From: a virus
Taxonomy: Duplodnaviria > Caudoviricetes
Virus record (IMG/VR): IMGVR_UViG_2901802297_000002
Coordinates: 15,716-79,715 of that record
Direction: 5' to 3' (one strand)
Length of the DNA stretch: 64,000 bases
A program made the translations under genes and the position numbers. Below the pieces are notes generated by a model, which did no database searches, was not told where the DNA came from, and saw only the letters and a list, made by a program, of their open reading frames with translations. Positions 1 through 8,251 of the stretch are shown piece by piece; within the stretch, counting starts at the first letter, position 1, and every line of letters starts with the position of its first letter.

Positions 1-291
1 TGGCCCATCATGCGCTTCCAACGCATTATAAATGGTCAGACCGTCAAACACATCACCGCCGGGGCTGTTGATGTGCAATTCAATCGGCCCTGGGCCAGCA
101 CTGACAAGGATCTGTGTGAAATCCTGCGCCGTGACGCCCCAGAGGCCGATTTCATCATACAGGTAAATAACGGCAGGCTGATCAGCTGCGGCACGCGGCC
201 GCATGTCCAATGTCTGGGGCAGACCAGCCTGCGCACACGTCAACAACACACGGTTGGAAAACCGGGCTGCTGGTGAATTATGTCGGTACAT
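1..291 (-). CDS. ClpP-like prohead protease (5' part; runs off the window)
   Basis: Manual translation MYRHNS...IYLYDEIG...LHINSPGGDVFDGLTIYNAL; directly downstream of the portal. Confidence 0.88.
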   Translation of the reverse strand, partial: MYRHNSPAARFSNRVLLTCAQAGLPQTLDMRPRAAADQPAVIYLYDEIGLWGVTAQDFTQILVSAGPGPIELHINSPGGDVFDGLTIYNALEAHDGP

Positions 292-297
292 ATTGCC

Positions 298-1608
298 TCA
301 TTCTTTAGCAGGCGTGGGTGGTGCAGGATCTTTGATCTGCTGTTCCAGCGGCACATATGCGCCATTGATGAACACCGTATCGCCACCAGAGACCGGCGGC
401 CGATTATCCTTTGCCCTGCCTTCGTTGATTGTAAGCTGGCCGCTTTGCACCTGCGCTGCCGTGACCTGGGCCGCTTTTAGCGGATCCATGGAAAGCAGCC
501 CTTCGCGGTCAAACTCCGCAAAGAAATTCGTGCCTAAAAACAGCTTGGCGTTCAGTTCACTCTCAATGCGTTTGAGATCCGCATCCAGCGTGAAAATCAG
601 ATAGGCTAGCGTATTTTCCGCAAGGCCCGTGCCCCATGATGTGCTCTTGTCCGTGGCATTGAGCATATGAAGCGGCACCCCGAAAAATCGGGAAATATCC
701 GCCACCTGATAGCCACGGGCCTGAATGGTTTGCAGATCCTGCGGGCTTAACTGGAATGGGGTGTATTTCGCACCATCATCCACAATGATGGTTTTGCCCC
801 ATTTCCCAACACCCGAATAATTCTGATCCAGCTGCGCCTTCATGCGCCTGAAGGAATCATCATTCATTCGGCTGGGCACCTGCATCACCCCGCTGGGCAA
901 TGCAGCATTCTGATGCATCCGACCGGTGCGCTCTTCCATGGAATGCGCAAGGCCAATGGATCCACGCGCAAACGCCTGAATGCGCGATAGCCCCTTCACA
1001 CCATCAAAACCGGGGCCGGGTATGTGGATCATATCCTCTTGCAGGACTGTTTCCACATTACCGTCCAGATGTGTGCAGACGTAGTAATTTACACCCGGTT
1101 TGGCAGGTAAGCGCACCACCTGCACCTGCCACGGCATGAAGGTTTCAAACCCGATCACCCGTGCAGCGCCGTCATACCGTATGGCGCTGTAATGGTTGCC
1201 CCACAGCAGCACATTCAGGCCCCACAGCTCACGCCAGACAAACGAGGTCAGGGAACGGCCCGGATATGGCACTGTATTGAGCAACGGAACCAGCTTGTGG
1301 TTCGGCTGCACTTCCCGCTGGCCGCCCGGATGCTGTTTCCAGATCTTCAATGGCAGACCGGCAATCACACCGGCTTCCAATGTCACGCACCGATACACGG
1401 CCGAACAGGCCATGGCCGTGCGTTCCGTTACCCGTGGTGCCCAATCCATACTCCGGCCACCAGGGTAGCCCAGCCATTCAGACCAATCCGGAATATCCGT
1501 AAGCGGTGTGCTGGGATTTTCCGGGTTGCCAGAGGCAAAGAACAAGGGTTCCTTACGTTCCTGCTGCGTGTTTTGACCGCCGCCGAAAATGCTGTTCAAG
1601 ATTCCCAT
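298..1608 (-). CDS. HK97-family portal protein
   Basis: SAVYRCV, LLWGNHY, DMIHI, ISRFFGVP, TINEGRA motifs; follows TerL. Confidence 0.93.
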   Translation of the reverse strand: MGILNSIFGGGQNTQQERKEPLFFASGNPENPSTPLTDIPDWSEWLGYPGGRSMDWAPRVTERTAMACSAVYRCVTLEAGVIAGLPLKIWKQHPGGQREVQPNHKLVPLLNTVPYPGRSLTSFVWRELWGLNVLLWGNHYSAIRYDGAARVIGFETFMPWQVQVVRLPAKPGVNYYVCTHLDGNVETVLQEDMIHIPGPGFDGVKGLSRIQAFARGSIGLAHSMEERTGRMHQNAALPSGVMQVPSRMNDDSFRRMKAQLDQNYSGVGKWGKTIIVDDGAKYTPFQLSPQDLQTIQARGYQVADISRFFGVPLHMLNATDKSTSWGTGLAENTLAYLIFTLDADLKRIESELNAKLFLGTNFFAEFDREGLLSMDPLKAAQVTAAQVQSGQLTINEGRAKDNRPPVSGGDTVFINGAYVPLEQQIKDPAPPTPAKE

Positions 1609-3386
1609 AGTTCCTCACGGTCATAAATGCTCTGGATCGGTGGCTCCGGGTTTCGGCTCATGCAGGCCACGGCATCAAACAGCGCCATCAGCGGGTCGAT
1701 CTTCTTGCCGCCTGCCATCTGCTTGGTAATTTCGATATTGTTGCCCTTGGCCTGCGCCTTCGCGTTGCCAACCGCCCAGGCCATGATCGGACGCGCCCCA
1801 TGGGAGAACGTGCCATCCGCCAGCTTGCGCTCCAGCGTCTTGATGGCCCCGGTCATTTTCCAGCCCTGGCTGATCCCGACAATCCGCTCCTGCTCAATGC
1901 CACGGGCATGCAGGGCAAACACGATTTCAGCCACACCCGCAGGATCCAGCCCAACCATGGCCAGCTTGCCGGACTGGTCAATCATCTCCGCCACGTCCGC
2001 CAGCTGCCGATTGTCGTCACGCATTTCATGGACAATGACGAGATCACCCTGCTTCTGGAAATCCAGATAGCGCGGTGCTTCCTCCTTGCGGTGCTTCAGC
2101 ACATCCTGAAACACCCAGCTGCGCTGCCAGTGCAGCCAATCGCCACTTTCTTCATCCCGGCCGAGCACAGCCAGAGATAGAAAATCGTCCAGACCGCCGC
2201 CATCAATGCCGCAGACAATCACATCAGAACATTCCAAAATCAGCTCCAGTGTGACCAGCGGATCACCCTGGCGTTCCCAATATTTGGCCCCGGCCCATGC
2301 CTTTTCGCGCAGGGACATGCCCATTTCCACGTTCAGATGCTTGGCCATCCAGACGCGCAGCACGCCTTCCCCAGCCTCTTTGGCCTGAGCGTATCTATCC
2401 CGCAGGAACTCATCCGATACCGACACCCCCAGATTGGGGTTGGTCATGTACCAGTTATCCGGATTGTGCTCGCCTTTCTTATCCAGAATTTTCTTGGGAA
2501 ATTCATAGATAACCGGCAGGAAACGGGGCGAATTGATCTTGCCGTCCCGCACGCCACGCGCATATTCCAGACGGCTCTTAAACACACCGGCAGGCTCTTC
2601 ATCCGACTGCGTGCTCAGGTAAATGATGAAGCCTTCCGGACGGGAGGCGATGCCGCCAGTGGCTTCCATGAGCATGTTCTCAGCCGTGGGCTTCTTGCCG
2701 AACTCCCACAGTTCATCCACCAGAATGCCGGTGGCTTTCTTGCCCACAACAGAAGATCCATCTGCCGCCACAACCTTGAGTGTCGCCCCGGTTTCGCGGT
2801 GCGTCACGATGCGGGTGTAATCCTGCACATGGAACAGGGCATCCAGTTCCGGATCTGCCTTGATCATGTCCCGCGCAGGCTTGAAGGCGTTGTCTGCGGC
2901 TTCCTTGGTCGGTGCCAGGATCAGGAACTCGGCTGATTGCCGCCAGTTCAGGATCAGCACCGTCAACATTACGCCCGCCGCAATGGTGCTTTTGGTGTTC
3001 TTCTTGCTCACCAGCAGGAAAAACTCGGTGATCATGCGCTTTCCGGTTTCCGGGTCATATGAACCGAAAATGGCGGCCGCAAAGTCCTTCAGCCAATCAC
3101 GGCAGGATTCACCAATAGTGGGTTCACCCAGCACGTCCACGATCTTCAGGGCGTTGAAAACAGCCATTCCCTGCGCAGCGGCGTCCGGAAAAAGCAGATC
3201 ACATGGCACAAGGCTTTCGCCTGCAATGATGCGCTTTTCCCAATCCCGGCAGGCTGTGCTCCATGACAGGACAGCCTTGGCCGCAGGCGCTGCCTTGCGC
3301 CGTGTGGTGGCTGTTGCGGTCTTTCGCGCGGTGGTTGTCGCCTTGCGCTTGCGTGTTGCGGGCTTTTTCTCGGTTTCACTTGCCAT
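1596..3386 (-). CDS. terL: Terminase large subunit
   Basis: Walker A-like SKKNTKST, LVDE Walker B, GIDGG and KIDPLMA nuclease motifs. Confidence 0.93.
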   Translation of the reverse strand: MASETEKKPATRKRKATTTARKTATATTRRKAAPAAKAVLSWSTACRDWEKRIIAGESLVPCDLLFPDAAAQGMAVFNALKIVDVLGEPTIGESCRDWLKDFAAAIFGSYDPETGKRMITEFFLLVSKKNTKSTIAAGVMLTVLILNWRQSAEFLILAPTKEAADNAFKPARDMIKADPELDALFHVQDYTRIVTHRETGATLKVVAADGSSVVGKKATGILVDELWEFGKKPTAENMLMEATGGIASRPEGFIIYLSTQSDEEPAGVFKSRLEYARGVRDGKINSPRFLPVIYEFPKKILDKKGEHNPDNWYMTNPNLGVSVSDEFLRDRYAQAKEAGEGVLRVWMAKHLNVEMGMSLREKAWAGAKYWERQGDPLVTLELILECSDVIVCGIDGGGLDDFLSLAVLGRDEESGDWLHWQRSWVFQDVLKHRKEEAPRYLDFQKQGDLVIVHEMRDDNRQLADVAEMIDQSGKLAMVGLDPAGVAEIVFALHARGIEQERIVGISQGWKMTGAIKTLERKLADGTFSHGARPIMAWAVGNAKAQAKGNNIEITKQMAGGKKIDPLMALFDAVACMSRNPEPPIQSIYDREELWES

Positions 3387-3972
3387 TGTTCACAACTAGT
3401 TTGGGGGAAGACATGCGTGAGAACTTGCCGCTGGCTGCTTTTTCGGCAGCTTCCCGGCGCTCTTCCTTCACGCCCTTCTTTTTTCCGGAACCCGTGACGC
3501 CCATCATGTGGGTTTGCCTCAGCTTGTGCAGGCTTTCCGTGCGCTCTTTGATAGTGATGGCCTTCAACATCGCATCGCGCCGGCGCGATCCGGTATCGTC
3601 TGCTGTTTCCAGCTCAATCGCTTTGGAAATCTCGCCAAGATGGGATGTCGTATCCTCAAGTTCACCGAGCAGGCGCGACACCATTTCATCCATACGTTCA
3701 TCCACGTTGGCAGCAGATCTGCGCCCGGTGGATGGTAGTTTCTCCCGTGGTAGAGCGGGGTTGCGCTGGGGATTGTGCGCAGGTTGGTGCGCAGTTTTGG
3801 TATTTTTGCGCACTTTTTGCGCAGAAGTGCGCACCCATCCACCGGACGCAATGCGCTTGCGCAGCGTGCTTTCGGCTACGCCATGTTTTTTTGCAATTTG
3901 GCGGTTTGACAAGGCTCCTGCGCGAAAATCAGCCTCTATCGCGTGCCAATCCGTGTCAGTTTTCTTGGGCAT
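3376..3972 (-). CDS. terS: Terminase small subunit
   Basis: N-terminal HTH (DWHAIEADFRAG..SNRQIAKKHGV); overlaps the terL start. Confidence 0.8.
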   Translation of the reverse strand: MPKKTDTDWHAIEADFRAGALSNRQIAKKHGVAESTLRKRIASGGWVRTSAQKVRKNTKTAHQPAHNPQRNPALPREKLPSTGRRSAANVDERMDEMVSRLLGELEDTTSHLGEISKAIELETADDTGSRRRDAMLKAITIKERTESLHKLRQTHMMGVTGSGKKKGVKEERREAAEKAASGKFSRMSSPKLVVNNGK

Positions 3973-4014
3973 TCCCTACCATCCCGCGCAACAAAAGTGC
4001 GCACTTCAAAACGC

Positions 4015-4100
4015 TGGAACGAAAAATTTTTCACGCGTGCCACTGGCGCGGTTCAGGTGCCATGCGTCAGGCGCACTTTTACCCCTCCCCCTCCCCGCTA
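4015..4100 (-). other. Candidate cos/packaging-initiation region of prophage A
   Basis: GGGGAGGGGGAGGGG...CACGCGTGAAAAATTTTT between HNH and terS, the usual cos position in HNH-terS phages. Confidence 0.45.
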
Positions 4101-4126
4101 AACGCATAGCTGGGGGATGCTCAAAA

Positions 4127-4182
4127 ATACACACTGATACACACTTTTTGCATTGCTCTTGGTGTGTTTTTGTGTGTATGAT
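4127..4182 (+). promoter_or_regulatory. hicAB promoter/operator
   Basis: ATACACAC x2 (4127, 4137) facing GTGTGT/GTGTGTAT (4162, 4172); TTGCTC-18-TATGAT promoter 7 nt before the ATG. Confidence 0.6.
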
Positions 4183-4189
4183 TATGTGC

Positions 4190-4378
4190 ATGGACAGCAG
4201 AGAGATCATCAAGAAGATCAAGGCAGATGGCTGGTATCTTGTCGCCACGAAAGGCAGTCATCAGCAGTTCAAGCACCCGACAAAACCCGGTCGGGTAACG
4301 GTGCCTCACCCTAAGCGGGATCTTCCACTCGGCACTCTGCGGAGCGTAGAGAAACAATCAGGGGTCAAACTGAAATGA
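4190..4378 (+). CDS. hicA: HicA mRNA interferase toxin
   Basis: MDSREIIKKIKADGW...KGSHQQFKHPTKPGRVTVPHP signature. Confidence 0.93.
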   Translation: MDSREIIKKIKADGWYLVATKGSHQQFKHPTKPGRVTVPHPKRDLPLGTLRSVEKQSGVKLK

Positions 4379-4764
4379 GCGACTATATCGCGATCATCCA
4401 CAAAGAGCCCGAAAGTGATTTCGGGGTCAGCTTTCCAGATTTTCCCGGCTGCATCACAGCAGGCTCTTCATTGGAAGAAGCCCGGAAAATGGCCCAGGAA
4501 GCCTTGGAATTCCATATCTCTGGCATGACAGAAGATGGTGAGCCCATCCCTGCGCCATCGCCTTTGGATAAGGTCATGCAGGATCCGAACTTTGCTCAAG
4601 GTGTCGCCTTCATGGTTCATGTTCGGCTGCCTTCCAAAGCCGTGCGTGTGAACGTCACGTTGGATGAAAGCCTTGTGTCCGCCATTGCAGCTGTCAGCAA
4701 AAACCGCTCCAAATTTCTGGCTGAAGCCGCATGGGAAAAACTGAACCGTAATCAGGCTGTATAA
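4375..4764 (+). CDS. hicB: HicB antitoxin with C-terminal RHH
   Basis: FGVSFPDFPGCITAG..LEEA and RVNVTLD; ATGA overlap with hicA. Confidence 0.93.
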   Translation: MSDYIAIIHKEPESDFGVSFPDFPGCITAGSSLEEARKMAQEALEFHISGMTEDGEPIPAPSPLDKVMQDPNFAQGVAFMVHVRLPSKAVRVNVTLDESLVSAIAAVSKNRSKFLAEAAWEKLNRNQAV

Positions 4765-4777
4765 GCCTGCTTACCGC

Positions 4778-5107
4778 TCAATATTCCTGCTTATATCGCT
4801 CTGCCCGCGCCCGTGCGGTCTTGGCGGTATGGCAGGATCCGCAGAGCAACTGGACGTTGTTCTCGTCTAGCGGTGCGCCGCCGTCCTTCAGCTCCTGAAT
4901 GTGATCCCCAAAGAGCCGCGTGCCGGTGCGGCCGCACTGTTCACAGCAATGAGGCCGCTTGCGCTTGATGGATGCCATCAGGGCACGCCACTCACGGCTA
5001 GTATAAAAGCCGTCAGCGCGTTTGGGTGGCTCTTTGGCTATGCTGGTATCCAGAACGCCTACAAGCGGCCTCATGCACGTCAGAACGGCTTTCTTGCGGC
5101 TGCTCAT
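4778..5107 (-). CDS. Terminase-associated HNH endonuclease
   Basis: FYTSREW, CEQC, DHI, N..LLCGSCH. Confidence 0.9.
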   Translation of the reverse strand: MSSRKKAVLTCMRPLVGVLDTSIAKEPPKRADGFYTSREWRALMASIKRKRPHCCEQCGRTGTRLFGDHIQELKDGGAPLDENNVQLLCGSCHTAKTARARAERYKQEY

Positions 5108-5736
5108 GTGGTGGCCACGTCAAGCTTGGACAGGTCAAACGTTACCAGCTCCCACTTGGCATCTGGCGATGGCCGCCGGTGCAGCCGCACGTAGTCCTTG
5201 GTCACATCCACGCGCACGCTGTCAGAAATCGCCTGCATGCCGCGCTGCCATTCCTCATCGTCAATCTCCAGACGCCGCAGCGCGAGGATCTTGCCAACGT
5301 TCATGCTGCCCTGCTTGTCTACGTCAAACGCATCCAGCACCACAGCTTTCAGATTGGCGTTGGCACCTTCAGACCAGCGGTTCAGGCAACCATGGATCAG
5401 CGTTTGCGCCGCCTGAATTTCAGGGCCAAACGAAATGACGTTGCCGACCGCCACAGTCACGCGCAGCGTGCCATCATAGCTGGTCAGGGTAACGTTGCCT
5501 TTCTCGCTGCCCAGCTTGGTGCTGTATTGCTCGGCCACCAGATCCAGAAAGGCGTTGATCTCCGCAAAGCAGAGCCGCTTGAAATCCATCATGAACTGCC
5601 GCACCGGCTCGGCTTCATGGTGCAAACGGCGCACCAGCTCATCTTGCAGCTTGTCAGATGGTCGGACATTCGCTTCCGGCACCAAGCGCCCGCGACTGTC
5701 CTGCATGAAACCGTCAGGCACGGTTTGCATTGTCAT
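5104..5736 (-). CDS. DUF3164-family phage protein
   Basis: GFMQDSRGRLVP, KGNVTLTSYDG, ISFGPE, W..GM.AI.DS; paralogue at 48171..48803. Confidence 0.8.
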   Translation of the reverse strand: MTMQTVPDGFMQDSRGRLVPEANVRPSDKLQDELVRRLHHEAEPVRQFMMDFKRLCFAEINAFLDLVAEQYSTKLGSEKGNVTLTSYDGTLRVTVAVGNVISFGPEIQAAQTLIHGCLNRWSEGANANLKAVVLDAFDVDKQGSMNVGKILALRRLEIDDEEWQRGMQAISDSVRVDVTKDYVRLHRRPSPDAKWELVTFDLSKLDVATT

Positions 5737-5773
5737 TCTCCATCGTTGTCAGAAACGCCCGCGCCGGTTGGCG

Positions 5774-6649
5774 TCAGGCCAGAAGGTCAGCGCCCGCAGC
5801 ATCTGCGCTGGCGTGGCTGTATCGTGTTGTCGTGGCCAGCGAACTGTGGCCAAGCTGGGCCTGCACCCAATGCACCGGCTGCCCCGCGTCCAACTGGTGT
5901 GACGCAAAAGCATGGCGCAGCCAGTGAGCAGAGACATCAGGCGGCAGGCCCGCTCGTTTTGCGGCCCGCTTCACAACGCGATCCACAGCGCGTTCATGAA
6001 GCAGGCCGCCATCGTGGCCGGGGATAACGGGCGCATCTGGCCCGACATCAGACCGCACAGCCGCGATCTCTTTCCACAACGATGGTGAAACCTGCACATG
6101 GCGGGTTTTGCCACCTTTGCCGAAAACCGTTGCAATGCCGCCCGATTGGCGGCGTGTCATATCGCGCCAGCGTAACGCGCAGGCTTCTGAAATCCGCAGG
6201 CCGGTGCCGTAAAGCAGCGCCAGCAACGCATGGCGGCGCGGATCCTTCTCACCCGCCAGCATGGCTAACACCTGCTGGCGCGAAAGAATGCGCTCATTCA
6301 GATTGTCGCGGCCACGCTCCATGCGGAACGCAGCGCCCGCATCCTGCGGTAGAAAGCCCAGCTTGTGGCCGTAGGTCAGCAGCGATTTCACGGCGCTGAT
6401 CTTGCGCCGGCGCGTGCTGTCCGCCGCATCGGCCATGCTGTCGTTCCATGCCTGAATGTCAGCCAGGGCAACATCTGCCATCGGCTTGGCAACAAAACGG
6501 GCGAACTCCGCAACATTGGTGCGATAGGCCCGCACCGTGTTGCTGCTGCGGTTGTGCAGCCACGTTTTGACCAGCGGAAGATCCGCACGGTGAATGCCAT
6601 CATCTGGCACTGCTGGCGCGGCTGATCTGGGCTGATCACCGCTAACCAT
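5774..6649 (-). CDS. XerC-like tyrosine recombinase (resolvase type, no arm-binding domain)
   Basis: Intact catalytic set: GLRISE, GKGGK, HWLRH, LGH, TTRY; 291 aa. Confidence 0.9.
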   Translation of the reverse strand: MVSGDQPRSAAPAVPDDGIHRADLPLVKTWLHNRSSNTVRAYRTNVAEFARFVAKPMADVALADIQAWNDSMADAADSTRRRKISAVKSLLTYGHKLGFLPQDAGAAFRMERGRDNLNERILSRQQVLAMLAGEKDPRRHALLALLYGTGLRISEACALRWRDMTRRQSGGIATVFGKGGKTRHVQVSPSLWKEIAAVRSDVGPDAPVIPGHDGGLLHERAVDRVVKRAAKRAGLPPDVSAHWLRHAFASHQLDAGQPVHWVQAQLGHSSLATTTRYSHASADAAGADLLA

Positions 6650-6691
6650 TTGATTTCCCTATATTATCGGGTCACTTCCAACCCTCAAAAT

Positions 6692-6794
6692 CCGTCAGAT
6701 AACAGATATTATCTGACGGGTTTGGGGGGTGTTCTGCGGGTTATCTGACACCTTGGCAGGTATGCCGTGTCAGATAATACCGCGTTATCATGAC
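6692..6794. other. Recombination (res) site: core CCGTCAGATAA-CAGATA-TTATCTGACGG plus accessory boxes
   Basis: Perfect 11-bp inverted repeat with 6-bp spacer at 6692-6719; TTATCTGACAC 6741, GTGTCAGATAA 6767, TTATCA 6785. Confidence 0.75.
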
Positions 6795-6799
6795 GCTTT

Positions 6800-6949
6800 T
6801 TACTGACATGCCTGAATGATTGCAGCCATGCCAGGCAATGCTTTTGCAACTGCAAATGCCAGAGCAACCAGCACAAGAGCAACAAAGCGCCATGCTTTGA
6901 GATCATTCATCACTTGTACCAAACGCCAGAGATCTTTAAGATCAGGCAT
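6800..6949 (-). CDS. 49-aa single-TM membrane micropeptide
   Basis: MPDLKDLWRLVQVMNDLKAWRFVALVLVALAF...; AGGA RBS; homologue at 49835..49996. Confidence 0.7.
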   Translation of the reverse strand: MPDLKDLWRLVQVMNDLKAWRFVALVLVALAFAVAKALPGMAAIIQACQ

Positions 6950-6982
6950 GTTCATTCCTGGAAAGGTCAGGGGTGGATACAA

Positions 6983-7017
6983 GAAACCCCCGCGCTGCTC
7001 GAACAGCCGGGGGTTTC
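6983..7017 (-). terminator. GC-rich hairpin (terminator or structured leader)
   Basis: GAAACCCCCG...CGGGGGTTTC; conserved at 50031..50065. Confidence 0.6.
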
Positions 7018-7019
7018 GC

Positions 7020-7430
7020 TTAATCGGATGGAGCACCGCCAACCTTGCGGCCGCAATCGCCCCATTTTGGCCCGCACCATGTTGTTTCCATCACGCCGGG
7101 TGGCAACTTCTCCACTGTGCGGGAAGCATGTTCTTTGCGTAGCGCGGCATCAATGCGCTGCATGTCGTGCTCAGCATACACCGCACCCGCTGGCAGTTCG
7201 CGCAGCGATTGCAGGTGGCCATATTTTTCGCATGCAAGGGCATCACATCGGGCAACCGTATTTTTCAGGCTACCAATGGCCCGCAAAATCACATCAGCCC
7301 GATGCCGTGGCAAACAATCTGGAACCATGCGCACGCAATGCGCCACATTTCCATCTGCCGAAACGACTAGAACAATCTTCTTCCCGCGCAGCAGAACAGC
7401 ACCACGGCAGATCTTCTGCCAGTGTTTCAT
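7020..7430 (-). CDS. Hypothetical protein, divergent PemK/MazF-like pattern
   Basis: ICRGAVL..KKIVLVVS..H..V.L..ARCD..MQRIDAAL; homologue at 50068..50475. Confidence 0.6.
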   Translation of the reverse strand: MKHWQKICRGAVLLRGKKIVLVVSADGNVAHCVRMVPDCLPRHRADVILRAIGSLKNTVARCDALACEKYGHLQSLRELPAGAVYAEHDMQRIDAALRKEHASRTVEKLPPGVMETTWCGPKWGDCGRKVGGAPSD

Positions 7431-7453
7431 GCGTTCAGCTTTTCAGAAGATAC

Positions 7454-7486
7454 AAAAAAAGCCGTGGCCCAGATGGACACACGACT
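7454..7486 (-). terminator. Late-leader intrinsic terminator (tR'-like)
   Basis: AGTCGTG...CACGGCTTTTTTT right after the putative late regulator; conserved at 50501..50534. Confidence 0.7.
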
Positions 7487-7529
7487 TCGACTATTTTGAC
7501 AATTTAAACGCGAAAGCTGCCGCAAGCAA

Positions 7530-8021
7530 CTATTTATTGAACCAGAGCTGCCCTGGCATATCTGTATAAAGGTCAGCCAGTTGCTCCAGGCAGAAATCAA
7601 TGGCACCGGCTATACGCTCTCGCCGCTTGCCATGCTTTTCAGACATTTTCTGCACAGAAAGACCATTTACCATTAAATCTGTCAGAAATTTCTCGCCTAG
7701 CGGCCCCATATGCTTCCGAATATATCGGCAGCGGTCAGCTGCACGAATACGCGCAATCAAGGCGTTTTCTGGATCTGGCTTTCCACATTGTTTTGATGCG
7801 TCTGGATCCCGCGCACCTAAAAGGCCGGTTTCATAATCCTGCGCCCACTGTTCTGCTGCCGCAACTTGCGCATCTGACAACGTGCCAGACTTCTGCAACG
7901 CATAAACCGCGCCCGATGAACGCAGGCGCGGCTGTTCTGATTTACAAACCGGATCTTTAATATAGACGCTGGTGATATCGCCTTTTTCTAGGCGCTCCGG
8001 CGTGGGAGGTAGTTCTTGCAT
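7530..8021 (-). CDS. Putative late-gene regulator (Q position; DUF6456-like, C-terminal HTH)
   Basis: Last early gene before the promoter/terminator; homologous to the C-terminal part of 50594..51331. Confidence 0.6.
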   Translation of the reverse strand: MQELPPTPERLEKGDITSVYIKDPVCKSEQPRLRSSGAVYALQKSGTLSDAQVAAAEQWAQDYETGLLGARDPDASKQCGKPDPENALIARIRAADRCRYIRKHMGPLGEKFLTDLMVNGLSVQKMSEKHGKRRERIAGAIDFCLEQLADLYTDMPGQLWFNK

Positions 8022-8251
8022 GTTGCAGCCCCGCGTTTTTGTGCATATCTTCCTCTGGCATCACGGGGACGGTCATTCTCGTAATCGGACAAGCGGCGTG
8101 TCAGAGTGGTGACTTCCAATTCAGCCTCTGCACGCCGTTTTTGTTCCTGGGCCAGCTTGGCCCGCAGGTCTTCCATTGCATCAATCGGGTTGGGCTTGCC
8201 TTCGGCCTTCAACCGCAGGTTTCTCAAAAGCTGCGTGAAGCACCCGCTCAT
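7988..8251 (-). CDS. Small coiled-coil phage protein
   Basis: Homologue at 51328..51549; RPRDARGRY motif. Confidence 0.7.
   Translation of the reverse strand: MSGCFTQLLRNLRLKAEGKPNPIDAMEDLRAKLAQEQKRRAEAELEVTTLTRRLSDYENDRPRDARGRYAQKRGAATCKNYLPRRSA

Noticed and set aside
3263-4189. Long N-terminal extension of ORF 3263..4378
   Set aside because: Antisense shadow of terS/terL; only the last 62 codons are HicA.
5026-6027. 333-aa plus-strand ORF
   Set aside because: Shadow of the DUF3164 and recombinase genes; no motif or RBS.
6692-6719. Host chromosomal dif site
   Set aside because: Perfectly symmetric arms unlike the XerC/XerD consensus, and a variant site accompanies each phage recombinase.
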